A DNA stretch of 64,000 nucleotides from Planctomycetota bacterium (GTDB lineage: Bacteria; Planctomycetota; Phycisphaerae; UBA1845; PWPN01): positions 97,476 to 161,475 of the forward strand of contig JAKPHF010000046.1 of the NCBI GenBank assembly GCA_029550525.1, written 5' to 3'. Below, in pieces: positions 47,917-57,997 of the stretch. The first letter of the stretch is position 1; every line of letters starts with the position of its first letter. Position numbers and translations under genes: made by a program. The notes beneath the pieces were generated by a model, which was given only the letters and a program-made list of their open reading frames with translations, was not told the origin of the DNA and did not search any database.

Positions 47917-48636
47917 TCAGAACAGGTCGCGATACGAGATGTTGCCCTTGGCCCAATAGGTGATCAGGCCGGCACACTCATAGATGATCGACGGAATGTT
48001 CTTGATTCGCCACTCGCAGTGGTCCCAGTACGACTTGCCCGGCCGAGGCGATCGGCCCGTGTAGACGCTGAGGTTCTTGTAGCCAGCTGCGGCGAAGCAG
48101 GCCCGGGCCCGTCGGGCGTGCGTATGCTCGGTGACTAACACGAACCGATGGTTCTGAGGATCCACGCCCGGCAACTTCGCCACACCTGCCGGGTGCATGT
48201 GCGTGGTATGCGAGCGGTTGTCCACCAGAATCTGCTTGCGCGGCACGCCGCATTCCACGATCAGGTTGCGCATCCACTCGGCCGCACCGGGTGCGTTGCT
48301 GACGATGACCACCGGCGCCACCTTCTGAAGCCACAATTGGGCGGCCTTGACCTCGCGGCCAGTCCCACCCCCCAGGCAGACAATGTAGTCGGCTTCCTTG
48401 GGCGGCGGCTGACCCACCGCCAACCAGTAGTAAACCCGCTCGGGCAGCGGCGCGAGCACCATCACGATTTCAAGGAGCATGGCCAGCGCGAGCAGGTTGC
48501 GCGTGGTGCGAAACAGCCATCCCGCCCAGCGACGAAGCTGCCGCGGTTTCGAGGGCGCCGCGGACAAACCCGGCGAGTCGCTCGCGGCCGGGCCCACCCC
48601 GGCGGTCTGGGATTCCGAACCTGAAATTTCCTTCAT
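47917..48636 (-). CDS. YdcF/ElyC (DUF218) family protein
   Basis: TM segment, ADYIVCLGGG, S.TT, LVT...H..RA, YE..G...YW. Start estimated. Confidence 0.8.
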   Translation of the reverse strand: MKEISGSESQTAGVGPAASDSPGLSAAPSKPRQLRRWAGWLFRTTRNLLALAMLLEIVMVLAPLPERVYYWLAVGQPPPKEADYIVCLGGGTGREVKAAQLWLQKVAPVVIVSNAPGAAEWMRNLIVECGVPRKQILVDNRSHTTHMHPAGVAKLPGVDPQNHRFVLVTEHTHARRARACFAAAGYKNLSVYTGRSPRPGKSYWDHCEWRIKNIPSIIYECAGLITYWAKGNISYRDLF

Positions 48637-48828
48637 GCGCCAAGTGTACTCCAACTGGAAGGACCTACTCAAACCGGACCGAACGGACTGAGTGAGTCCA
48701 CCGGACACCGGATGAAGCGACGGGTCCCGCGGCAGTAGGTAAGAGAATGGCAGCCGCCGACAACAATAGGTAGAGGGTTCTTGAAACCCGCAGGTTCTGC
48801 GGGAGTGGACTCGGGCCACAGGAAGGAT

Positions 48829-49392
48829 ATGACCATGCGTACATCCACACTGCTGCCCAAAATCATCGAGACCTTGAACCGGCCATTGTTCGGAACGCGG
48901 GTGATTCCGCCCGGCGTCGCCGTGCCCGCCGTGGATTTTCCGGAAGACGAGTACGCCGTGTTTTGCCCAGGCTGCGACTACCTGCTGCGGGGTCTGGCAT
49001 CTGAGCAGTGCCCGGAGTGCGGTCGGCCGTTCAACCGCGGGCAATTGCTGGTGGATCAATACGTGCGCGAGCGCGATCACCGCGTTTGGAAGCAGGGTGG
49101 GATCGGCCGATGGGCGGGTCGCATTGCTGCCTTCGTGCTGGGCTTCCTGCTGATCTACATCGCAGCCGCGCACCTGGCCGCCCTATGCCTGCCCTGGCTC
49201 GGTCGCACGATGACCAAGGCCACTGCCCGCCAAGTGGACGCCTGGGTAAGCCTCGTCCAGACGGCGCATGAGCTCATGTGGTGGGGACAGCTCGTTCTGC
49301 TGGCCATACTCCTGGCGAGCGTGGGCGTGTGGCTGCGCGCCGCTCGTCGCAATGCTCGCAAGCGCCGGCGCATCCTCGATGCACTGCCTTGA
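48829..49392 (+). CDS. Membrane protein with N-terminal CxxCxYxLRGL...CPECG zinc ribbon
   Basis: CPGCDYLLRGLASEQCPECG followed by two TM helices. GGAAGG RBS. Confidence 0.7.
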   Translation: MTMRTSTLLPKIIETLNRPLFGTRVIPPGVAVPAVDFPEDEYAVFCPGCDYLLRGLASEQCPECGRPFNRGQLLVDQYVRERDHRVWKQGGIGRWAGRIAAFVLGFLLIYIAAAHLAALCLPWLGRTMTKATARQVDAWVSLVQTAHELMWWGQLVLLAILLASVGVWLRAARRNARKRRRILDALP

Positions 49393-49414
49393 TCGCGCGG
49401 TTGCGGAGAGAGCG

Positions 49415-49732
49415 TTACCAAACGCCGGGAAATCCGCCGTAAAAATCGCCGTAGCCCCAGCCCCAGTCGCCGTAACCCCAGCTCCAATCGCCGAACACCG
49501 GATCATCGTAGTATCCGAAGTCGGGGAAGAAGACGTCGCCGCAGCCATACACCCCGATGCCGGGGCCGCATCCGACCACCGATGGTCCCAACAGCGGTGC
49601 GGGGAAGTAACCACCGTCGAAGAAGTCGTTGTCGTCGAAGACCCCTTCGCTGAAAAAGCCCCACGGACAACCACCCGAGACCAATAAGACCAACGCCAGG
49701 CAGATCGCCGTCGCTCCAAGCGGATGTCGCAT
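49415..49732 (-). CDS. Small Gly/Asp/aromatic-rich putative lipoprotein
   Basis: AGGAGG RBS, hydrophobic leader ending VSGG-C, low-complexity tail with GDW(S/G)WGY repeats. Confidence 0.6.
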   Translation of the reverse strand: MRHPLGATAICLALVLLVSGGCPWGFFSEGVFDDNDFFDGGYFPAPLLGPSVVGCGPGIGVYGCGDVFFPDFGYYDDPVFGDWSWGYGDWGWGYGDFYGGFPGVW

Positions 49733-49937
49733 GAGCGCACCTCCTTTGCCCGGGAGCCCACGGTTCGGCTGAAACAGTTCATTTTACCCTCGGCCCGCGC
49801 CTGCGAACCGCGCACGAGGAATGAAGCCCATTCTCCCAGGATCACCCGGTCGGTGTGCGACCTAATGCGAACTCCTGCAGAAGGCCTGAGAGCTTAAGCT
49901 TGAGACCTGAGGCTTGAGGGATGCCTGAAGTACGATC

Positions 49938-51281
49938 CTATTTTGAAATCTTCACCGGCCAGTGCTCGCTGTCGGTTCTCGCTTCGTCCATGATGCGTTC
50001 GATGCGTGCGGCCACCTGCGGATAACGGTCGGCAATGTCGGTCTGCTCGCCGAGGTCTGTCGAGATGTCGTACAGTTCGATCGGCCCCTTGTTCTTGCGG
50101 ATGCCCTTGTACTGGCCGAAGCGCACACCCTGCGCGAAACCACGTTCGTGGAACTCCCAGTACAGGTACTCGTGCTTCGGTTGATCCTGGCCCAAGAGTG
50201 CGGGCAGGAACGAAATGCCGTCGATATCCGCAGGCGGCTCGACGCCCACGATCGCCGCGAACGTGGGCAGCACGTCCCAAAAGGCCAGCGGCACGTTCGA
50301 AACGCCGGGCCGAATTCGCGCCGGCCAGCGGGCGATCATGGGCACGCGAATGCCCCCATCGGTCAGATCGCGCTTGATACCCCGAAACGGCCCATTGCTG
50401 TCGAAGAACTCCGGATCGTAGCCGCCTTCCTTGTGCGGGCCGTTGTCGCTGCTGAACATCACCAATGTGTTCTCGTCCAGGCCGAGCTCGCGCAGCTTGG
50501 CCATCACGCGGCCGATGTCGCGGTCCATGCGGTAGATCATGGCCGCATGGCCCTTTTGGCCCACCGTCCAGTCTCGATCGGCATAGGGACCGTAATCGGG
50601 CACCTCCATGCCCATGCCCTCGGCCTGTTGACGCTCGTTGTTCGCGTGCGGCACCGTGTACGCCAGATAGAGGAAGAATGGCCCGCTCTTGTTCTTCTCG
50701 ATGAAGCTCAACGCCTCGGCGGTGAACAAATCGTGCGAGTACTGCCGCCGCTGGTTGTCCCGGTTGCCCTCGAGCTCGACCCGCTCCTGGTTGCGCCACA
50801 AATACGTCGGATAGTAATCGTGGGCATGTCGTTGGTTCAGATACCCGAAGAAATAGTCGAAGCCCTGTCGGTTCGGAATGCCGGTGGTGTCCGGTTCGCC
50901 CAACCCCCACTTGCCCACCAACCCCGTGATGTAGCCTGCCTGCTTGAAAATCTCAGCCACCGTGACATCCTGCGGCCGAAGCGGAATCCGCTCGTTGCCG
51001 CGCACCCAGCAATGGCCGGTGTGCTTTCCCGTCATGAGCGAGCAGCGCGACGGCGCGCAAACCGTGCTGCCGGCGTAAAAGTCCGTAAAGCGCAGTCCCT
51101 CGGCCGCCAGCCGATCGAGGTTCGGCGTAGCCACTTTCTTCTGCCCGTAACAGCCGAGACTGCCGTATCCGAGATCGTCGGCCAGGATGAAAATCACGTT
51201 GGGCTTGGCGGCAGGCTCGGCAAAAGCGCTGATCGCGACCAGACCGGACAACAGTACGAAATGGACAGGCGAATGAGACAT
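49938..51281 (-). CDS. Secreted formylglycine-dependent (S1) arylsulfatase
   Basis: PNVIFILADDLG, CAPSR, GKWGLG, SDNG, GGIRVP, LYD...D.GE. Confidence 0.95.
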   Translation of the reverse strand: MSHSPVHFVLLSGLVAISAFAEPAAKPNVIFILADDLGYGSLGCYGQKKVATPNLDRLAAEGLRFTDFYAGSTVCAPSRCSLMTGKHTGHCWVRGNERIPLRPQDVTVAEIFKQAGYITGLVGKWGLGEPDTTGIPNRQGFDYFFGYLNQRHAHDYYPTYLWRNQERVELEGNRDNQRRQYSHDLFTAEALSFIEKNKSGPFFLYLAYTVPHANNERQQAEGMGMEVPDYGPYADRDWTVGQKGHAAMIYRMDRDIGRVMAKLRELGLDENTLVMFSSDNGPHKEGGYDPEFFDSNGPFRGIKRDLTDGGIRVPMIARWPARIRPGVSNVPLAFWDVLPTFAAIVGVEPPADIDGISFLPALLGQDQPKHEYLYWEFHERGFAQGVRFGQYKGIRKNKGPIELYDISTDLGEQTDIADRYPQVAARIERIMDEARTDSEHWPVKISK

Positions 51282-51401
51282 GCTTTTCGCTCCCTGGGAT
51301 CGAGTTGGCAAAGCCAGCCCATGTTGTAGAATAGAATCGATAGCCGAGCAAGACCTTTCCATGAACACTGACTGAGGCATGACAACGCCGGGAGATGAAA
51401 C

Positions 51402-51983
51402 ATGGCTGCAAAGAAGATTCTGATGATCGTCGGCGACTATGTCGAGGACTACGAGGTGATGGTGCCGTTCCAGGCCCTGCAGATGGTGGGCCACACGGTG
51501 CACGCGGTCTGTCCGGGGAAGCGTTCGGGCGAGCAGGTGCGGACGGCCATTCACGATTTCGACGGAGCGCAGACGTATAGCGAGAAGCCGGGCCACAACT
51601 TTACGCTCAACGCCACCTTCTCGGCCATCACGCCGTCCGATTACGACGCGCTGGTCATCCCCGGCGGGCGGGCCCCCGAATATCTGCGGCTCAACGAGCA
51701 GGTGATCAAGATGGTCCAGCACTTCGCCAAGGCCAACAAGCCCATCGCCTCGCTGTGCCACGGCCCGCAGCTGCTCGCCGCTGCCGGCGTGCTCGCGGGC
51801 AAGACCTGCAATTGCTACCCGGCCGTCAGCCCCGAGGTCAAAGGCGCCGGCGGCACGTACGTCGAGCTACAAATGGACCAGGCCCACGTGGACGGCAACC
51901 TGGTGACCGCGCCGGCCTGGCCCGCCCATCCGGCGTGGCTCGCCAAGTTCCTCCAGGTGCTCGGGACGGTCATCCAACCTTGA
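51402..51983 (+). CDS. DJ-1/PfpI-family protein
   Basis: [32 protein letters not shown]. Confidence 0.93.
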   Translation: MAAKKILMIVGDYVEDYEVMVPFQALQMVGHTVHAVCPGKRSGEQVRTAIHDFDGAQTYSEKPGHNFTLNATFSAITPSDYDALVIPGGRAPEYLRLNEQVIKMVQHFAKANKPIASLCHGPQLLAAAGVLAGKTCNCYPAVSPEVKGAGGTYVELQMDQAHVDGNLVTAPAWPAHPAWLAKFLQVLGTVIQP

Positions 51984-52020
51984 CCGCGACCTGTCTTTAG
52001 AAAATACCGAGATCCGGCCG

Positions 52021-52063
52021 AAAAAAGCGTCGCGATAGGGCGGTCCAAACCGCCCTATCGCGA
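52021..52063 (-). terminator. Strong hairpin terminator between convergent genes
   Basis: Perfect 15-bp stem TCGCGATAGGGCGGT-CCAA-ACCGCCCTATCGCGA (52030-52063), with a T6 run 3 nt downstream on the minus strand. Confidence 0.75.
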
Positions 52064-52128
52064 AGGAAGGAGAGCAAAAACGGGTTGTCGCTTGCCGGCT
52101 TCGCGCAGGAGTATCCCGCCCGGTCGAC

Positions 52129-53418
52129 TCACCCGTTCGTCGGATCGATAATCCCGAAGCTGTCCTCGGTCAGCACGGCGCTGACGGGCGTGCCCTTGCC
52201 GGCGGCCAGATACTTCTGATTGGCGTCGGCCACCCGGGCGGCCGCTTCGATGATCGCCACCAGCGGCACGGCCGACTCGGCATCGGCGTACGTGCCCGCA
52301 ATCGCTTCACGCGTCGTCAGCCCCAGTTTCACCCGCGAGGCCGCATCCAGTCCCGCCACCAGCGAATCCTTGCAATACCCGATGCACGCCGTGGCGTCGG
52401 TCGGCCGCGATTGTACCTGGTAGTAGCCCCAACGCGGCACTTCCGCCTGGAAGTGCGGATTGTGCGTCCGCGTGCCGTTGCCCGTGATGCACGACCGCAG
52501 CCCGCGGTCCTGTTGATCCACGAACACGCGGCCCTTGCTGCCGATGATCTCCATCTCCTGGTTGACGGCACCCTCGAAATCCTCGGGGTTCACCCAGGCG
52601 TTGACGTACTGCACGCTCATGCCGTTGTCGTACTGCACGGTCACCTGCATGGAATCGAACGTGCCGATGCCGTTCGGATTGCGCTCGTCGCGCCAATTGA
52701 CCAGCAGCTTCTTCTGACCGATAGCCCACAGGCTCACGGGCTTCATGTTCAGGTAGTAGCCGAACAGATCGGTCCAGTGCACGCCCACATAGCTGAATGG
52801 ATTGCTGGTCGCCGCCCACTTGAAAATCTTGGTCGAGACCTCCAGCGGCTCCTCGAGGACAGCCCGACCATAGAGCAGATCGCCGCACCGTGGAACGAGG
52901 TCCACGAACGCGCTGCGCAGGAACGAGTCGTAGCGCTTGTGCATGTCCACCGCGACCACGAGCCCCGCTTTGCGGCTGCGAGCCACGATCTCCTTGGCCT
53001 CGTCCACAAACAGCGCCAGCGGCTTCTCGCACACCACGTGCACGCCCCTCTCGAGCGCGGCCAGGATCGGCGGCGTGTGCAGCGAGTCGGGCGTGGCGAT
53101 GAACAGCACGTCGGGCTTGGCTTCGTCGAGCAGATCGATCCATGGCGTCTCGCCCCAGTAGGGCTTGGGGTTACCCGACGGGCACCATTCCTTGAAGCTC
53201 TTGACCAGATCGTGGGCCAGCGGCTCGAACCGCTCGCCGATGGCCACCAGCTTGTACTCGACATCGCCCAACTCGCGAGCGTGGTGGTCCAGTCCGGCCG
53301 TGCCCAGGTACGGCGCGATGCCGCACCGCTCGAAGTCGGCAAGGCTCCGCAGCACGACCCCCTTGCCGAACATCCCGCCGCCGATCGACGCCATCCGAAT
53401 TACTTTATTGGCCATCAC
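52129..53418 (-). CDS. Gfo/Idh/MocA-family oxidoreductase
   Basis: IGGGMFG, IATPD.LH, HVVCEKPL, HKRYD, GVHWTD. Confidence 0.9.
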   Translation of the reverse strand: MMANKVIRMASIGGGMFGKGVVLRSLADFERCGIAPYLGTAGLDHHARELGDVEYKLVAIGERFEPLAHDLVKSFKEWCPSGNPKPYWGETPWIDLLDEAKPDVLFIATPDSLHTPPILAALERGVHVVCEKPLALFVDEAKEIVARSRKAGLVVAVDMHKRYDSFLRSAFVDLVPRCGDLLYGRAVLEEPLEVSTKIFKWAATSNPFSYVGVHWTDLFGYYLNMKPVSLWAIGQKKLLVNWRDERNPNGIGTFDSMQVTVQYDNGMSVQYVNAWVNPEDFEGAVNQEMEIIGSKGRVFVDQQDRGLRSCITGNGTRTHNPHFQAEVPRWGYYQVQSRPTDATACIGYCKDSLVAGLDAASRVKLGLTTREAIAGTYADAESAVPLVAIIEAAARVADANQKYLAAGKGTPVSAVLTEDSFGIIDPTNG

Positions 53419-53618
53419 TTACGTTCTCCACAAGGCTTGGTTTCGGGGGCCAATGATCGGCCCGGCGACCGGCTGTGTCAAGAAGCGCGTCCTCTTGGGT
53501 TACCCCCGGAGGCGGGGGCTGGGGACTGGAGGCTGGGAGGTGGGCATCTTGCCCGCCTCGTGAAGAGGAAGAGGGTGCACAGGTTGAGCGCGCAAGAGGG
53601 CGTGTTGTGGTGCGCATC

Positions 53619-54494
53619 TTATGCTCGTCCACTCTCCGTCCCCTCCGTGTCTTCGTGACGAACACGAATTTCACCAGCCGGCTGTGTTTCGCTGCGGCCG
53701 GCACGGATCACAAACTCCAGGATCCGCCGGGCGTCGCCGTAGCTGGTCGAGTGGCCGCCGTTCTCGCGGTAGATCAGCAACACGGGCCGGCGCAACTTCT
53801 CGAGCACGCGGGCCAGGCGCACCACACTCGCGCACGGCACGCTCGTGTCCTTGCCGCCCGCAGTGATGGCCACCGGCATGGTGAATCGCTCGGGCCAATA
53901 CTCGGCGCTGCGCTTCTTGTACTCCAGCGGGATCTCCGCCTTGGTTCCCCCGAACGACTCGCGGATAGCTTCCTGAAAGCTCTCGTACTCCAGGTGGTTG
54001 GCTGTGCCGTTCATGCTGGCCACGCCCGCCACGAGATCCGGGTGCAAAGCCGCGAACGTCAGGGCCCCCGAGCCCCCCATGGACCCGCCGCACAGAAAGA
54101 CTTTGCCGACCCGGTAGTCGCGCCGCAGATCGCCGATGATCTGCACCAGGTCTGCTTCCGCCTTCGGCCCCATCCATGACGTCTTGGCTCGATAGTCCGG
54201 CGAAACGAACAGCATGCCGTGCTCGGCGGCCACGTCGCGAGCCGCCCGGCACTCGTCGCGGGCGTCCTCGACGAACTGCCAGCGATCCGAGCCGTGGCCG
54301 TGCAGGGCGATGAGAACGTCATGAGGTTCGGCAGGCTGGTAGTTGTCGGGAAACACGATGACATAGCGTTGCGTTGTCCCGTCGCAGGCGGCCGTGAACG
54401 CCACGTCGCGGATCTCGCCGGCCAGGGCAGGTCGCAAGCAAGCGAAAACAACACCGAGAAAGAGCGTTATAGAATGGCTGCTCACGACAATCAC
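53619..54494 (-). CDS. Secreted alpha/beta hydrolase (esterase/S9-like)
   Basis: Signal peptide ending ALA, LHGHG, GGSMGG nucleophile elbow, G.KD..VP, GGH. Confidence 0.85.
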   Translation of the reverse strand: MIVVSSHSITLFLGVVFACLRPALAGEIRDVAFTAACDGTTQRYVIVFPDNYQPAEPHDVLIALHGHGSDRWQFVEDARDECRAARDVAAEHGMLFVSPDYRAKTSWMGPKAEADLVQIIGDLRRDYRVGKVFLCGGSMGGSGALTFAALHPDLVAGVASMNGTANHLEYESFQEAIRESFGGTKAEIPLEYKKRSAEYWPERFTMPVAITAGGKDTSVPCASVVRLARVLEKLRRPVLLIYRENGGHSTSYGDARRILEFVIRAGRSETQPAGEIRVRHEDTEGTESGRA

Positions 54495-54544
54495 ATCTGG
54501 AAATCCGTCGATTTCGAGTCATCTGCAACTCGTTGCTGCGAGCC

Positions 54545-56335
54545 TCAAGGTTCGACGGCCCCCGTCGGCGTGGGCGCCGATCGCGGCTTGCGCGTCACCC
54601 AGATCATGATCGCGCCCAGAACGACCAGTCCGCCTCCGATGATAAGATTGAGCACCAGAGCCAGCGTGCCGGTCCGGGGATCCGAGCCCCCCGTCGTCTT
54701 GATCCACGGTTGGATGGCCAGCATCATCACGCCGGTGAGTACGATCGTGGTCCCCACGATGCGGAACGGCGAAAGCACAGCCGACCCCGAAGCGCCCGCC
54801 GGCAGCTTGTCTTCCTCGAGCGTGCCGATGGGGGCGGACAATCGGGCCTGGAACTCATCGACGCGAGCCTGTGCGGCAGGACTGATGGGGAAGAACGGCA
54901 TGGCGATCAATGTCGCCGCCAGCGTGGCAACCAACGAGCAAAGCAAAATCACCGTCTCTCGCTGCCACGTCATGCCCTGCCACTCGATCTCCCTTGGCAA
55001 CGTAAGGAAGAGCGTGAGCCCCAGCCCCAGTCCGATGCAGAATCCGACCACCGAGCTGCCGTTGGAAAGCCGTCGTGAGACCAGGCCGCCCAGCATGGGT
55101 ACGGCCACCGGCGCCACGGCGATGCTGAAGAGTGTCACCATGTTCTGGAACAGCGATTCGCCTTCTCCCCTGTACATCAGGAAGGCGATGCCCAATGAGA
55201 CGATGCCGACGAGCAGCGTCATCAGCCGCCCCACCACGACCAGTTCACGGTTGCTCGACTGCGGCCGAATCAGCCGTTTGTACACGTCATTTGTCAGCAC
55301 GCTCGCGCACACGTTGTAGTCGCCGCTGAGCATGGACATGGTGGCCGAGAACATCGCGGCCACCACCAGGCCGAACATGCCGGCCGGCAGCAGCTTGGCA
55401 CACATGAGCGGGTACACCGCCTTGTCCGCCACGCCCTCGCCCAGGAAATGGCGGGCGGCCATGGCCGGCGCGAACATCAGCGGCGGACCAATGATGTTCA
55501 AGAACACCACCAACCAGCCGACTTTCCGAGCATCCTTCTCGGTCGGAACGCAATAAAACCGCTGCACCAGCGACCAGTTCACGCTGTACGACAGGCAGTA
55601 CATGAGCACCGTAGTAAGGATGTAGATCCACCCGAACTTCTCGTTCACTGGATACCAGAAGCCCGGCGGCGAGTTGTGCCACACCTGGCCGAACCCGCCC
55701 GCCTCGTGAAAGGCCAGCGGGAAGAGCACGAGTACGGCCGCCATCATCACCACGAACTGCACGAAGTCGGTCACCATGACCGCCCACAAACCACCCATGA
55801 ACGTGTAGGCCAACATGATCACCGAGGACCAGAACATCGCTTGGCCCATCCCGATGCCCAGGCTCACCGAGATGAAGGCACCGATGGCCACGATCTTCAG
55901 GGCGTCGTCGATGATCTTGACGGGGATCCCCTGCCACGCGAACACCTGCCTCAGCAACGGGCTGTACCGCGTCTCGATGTACTCCACCGGACTGGTCAGT
56001 CGGGCCCGACGCCACCGCGTGGCAAAGAACAGCACGCTGAACAACGTGGCCGGCACAGTCACCCAGTACACCGTCACGCCCAGCAGGCCGTACTTGTACG
56101 CCAACCCCGAGTACGCGATGAATGCGAACGCGCTGAAGCTGCTCATCCAGTACGACACGCCGCTCAGCCACCAGGGAATGGTGTTGCCGCCGGTAAAATA
56201 ATCCTTCAGCCCCTTCATGAAGCGATAGAAGTACAGGCCGATACCGAGCATCACCACGAAGTAGCAGACCAGAATGAACCAGTCCGGGCCCTGCAGTTGA
56301 CGTGTCGTCTGTGCCAAAATGTTATTCGTGAGCAT
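54545..56335 (-). CDS. Sodium:solute symporter (SSS) family transporter
   Basis: DYF.GG..IPWW..G.S..MS.FSA, YT..GG..AV..TD..Q, VQR, G...AAM.SA.MS. Many TM helices. Confidence 0.92.
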   Translation of the reverse strand: MLTNNILAQTTRQLQGPDWFILVCYFVVMLGIGLYFYRFMKGLKDYFTGGNTIPWWLSGVSYWMSSFSAFAFIAYSGLAYKYGLLGVTVYWVTVPATLFSVLFFATRWRRARLTSPVEYIETRYSPLLRQVFAWQGIPVKIIDDALKIVAIGAFISVSLGIGMGQAMFWSSVIMLAYTFMGGLWAVMVTDFVQFVVMMAAVLVLFPLAFHEAGGFGQVWHNSPPGFWYPVNEKFGWIYILTTVLMYCLSYSVNWSLVQRFYCVPTEKDARKVGWLVVFLNIIGPPLMFAPAMAARHFLGEGVADKAVYPLMCAKLLPAGMFGLVVAAMFSATMSMLSGDYNVCASVLTNDVYKRLIRPQSSNRELVVVGRLMTLLVGIVSLGIAFLMYRGEGESLFQNMVTLFSIAVAPVAVPMLGGLVSRRLSNGSSVVGFCIGLGLGLTLFLTLPREIEWQGMTWQRETVILLCSLVATLAATLIAMPFFPISPAAQARVDEFQARLSAPIGTLEEDKLPAGASGSAVLSPFRIVGTTIVLTGVMMLAIQPWIKTTGGSDPRTGTLALVLNLIIGGGLVVLGAIMIWVTRKPRSAPTPTGAVEP

Positions 56336-56370
56336 GCTGTCGGTATACTCCGGCCCGGGGGCCAACCTCG

Positions 56371-56463
56371 AATGTCAATGACGAATGCTCAAATGACGAA
56401 TGACGAATTCGGGCTCAGAGCCCATGGCTTCCATTCGTCATTCGGATTTCGTCATTCGTCATT
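56371..56463. repeat. Inverted 7-mer array (AATGACG)n ... (TTCGTCA)n
   Basis: AATGACGAATGCTCAAATGACGAATGACGAA ... CATTCGTCATTCGGATTTCGTCATTCGTCATT fills the gap between the aminotransferase and symporter genes. Confidence 0.8.
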
Positions 56464-56465
56464 CC

Positions 56466-57791
56466 CTACGCCTTCAGACTCTTGCGATGCGCCCACACCT
56501 TCTCGAACGCCTTGACGTACTGCTCCACCAACTCCGGCACCGGCTTGGTGAAATAAGGCAGGAAGATGGCCGTCGCGTTGCACTGCTCCGACCCGGGCAG
56601 GACGTCGGGAATGACCGGCTTGTGATGCCACCATTGTGCTTCGGCGTACAGCGCGAGCTTGTGCTGCAGCGGATAGACGAACGGCCGAGCCATCACGCCC
56701 TCGGCATTCAAGGCCTTGATGAGCGTCTCGCGGCTCATGCCGGCCTCGGCCTCGTCGATGAACAGCGTGTTTTGGTCGTAGTACAGCCGCTGGGCGTCGG
56801 GCCGGGTCTTCTGGTCATACAGGCCGGGCAACTGGGTGAGTCGATCGTTGAGCGACCGCGTCTGGGCGACGCCTTCCTTGCTGCGCTGATCGAGGCGTTT
56901 AAGTTGCAACCGGGCCAGCACCGCGCACATGGGATGCATCCGCAGCTTCAACCCCATGCCCGAGACGGCATATCTGCGATACGGGCTGTCCTCCGGGTAC
57001 GATTTGGGCACCTCGTAATGCCCGAGCGCCGTCGCTCGTTCGTAGCACTCGCGGTTCTGGTAGATGCCCATGCCGCCTTCGATGCCCGGCACGGGCTTGG
57101 TCTGCTGGAAGCTCGTGATGGACGCCTCTCCCCAGGTGCCCATGAGCTTGCCCTTGAGCCTCGTGCCTTGCGCGTGGGCGCAATCTTCCAACACGATCAA
57201 GCCCTTTTCCTTGGCCCAGTCGCAAATCTCGTCCATGTCAGCCGGGTTTCCGAACCAGTGCACGGGCAGCACGGCCCGGGTGTTCTTGGTCAGCCGCTTC
57301 TTCGCGTCGTTCAGGTCGAAGTTCATCGTCCGCGGATGAATGTCCACAAACACCGGCACGAGCCCGAACAACCGCATGGGCACGATCGTCGCGAAGAACG
57401 TGTAGCTCGGCACCATAATCTCACTGCCCGGCGGCAGGTTGAGTCCGAAAAACATCGCGGTCAGCGCGCTGGTACCGTTGCAGTACGATTTGACGTACGG
57501 AACCTGGTAGTACTCCTGCCACTCCCTCTCCAGCTCCTCGTTGGGGCCGTAGCCGGGGTTCCGCAGGAAGGCCACGATCGCGTCTTCTTCCTCCTTGCCG
57601 TACAGCGGCCAGCGAGCGGCATCGGCATGCGGCACGGTCACCGCCTTGGGCCCGCCGTGGAGGGCCAGCGTCTCACCCGCCGCTCGAGCTGCCGAGGGAC
57701 GAACTAATGCCGCCCCTGCCGCTACCGCCCCCGTGGTTCCGAGAAACCGCCGCCGACTGGTCTTCGCCGTCGAATCACCCTTTCGCTGCAT
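56466..57791 (-). CDS. DegT/DnrJ/EryC1/StrS PLP aminotransferase with Tat signal peptide
   Basis: Leader SRRRFLG...AARA, NGTSAL, VPSYTF.AT, PVH.FG, EDCAHA.G, SFQQTK (PLP Lys), EGG. GGAGG RBS. Confidence 0.9.
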   Translation of the reverse strand: MQRKGDSTAKTSRRRFLGTTGAVAAGAALVRPSAARAAGETLALHGGPKAVTVPHADAARWPLYGKEEEDAIVAFLRNPGYGPNEELEREWQEYYQVPYVKSYCNGTSALTAMFFGLNLPPGSEIMVPSYTFFATIVPMRLFGLVPVFVDIHPRTMNFDLNDAKKRLTKNTRAVLPVHWFGNPADMDEICDWAKEKGLIVLEDCAHAQGTRLKGKLMGTWGEASITSFQQTKPVPGIEGGMGIYQNRECYERATALGHYEVPKSYPEDSPYRRYAVSGMGLKLRMHPMCAVLARLQLKRLDQRSKEGVAQTRSLNDRLTQLPGLYDQKTRPDAQRLYYDQNTLFIDEAEAGMSRETLIKALNAEGVMARPFVYPLQHKLALYAEAQWWHHKPVIPDVLPGSEQCNATAIFLPYFTKPVPELVEQYVKAFEKVWAHRKSLKA

Positions 57792-57997
57792 GTCAAGCCT
57801 CCTATCGAATTGCGGAGCCCGTTTGCCCTGAAGGCGGATGTCGCCACGGCCCGCCAGAATGCGCGGGCGGACAGGCGAACCCAATCTATCGGCCCTCCGA
57901 GGATCGGTCAACGAACGCCCGAATTGTGAATGGGCATGTCGAGTGACATGCCGCGACAGCATCTTTGCATCAACGACGGATCGGCTACAATAACCCA

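Noticed and set aside
56371-56463. Short repeat arrays as CRISPR
   Set aside because: The units are 7-9 bp without unique spacers, and there are no cas genes.
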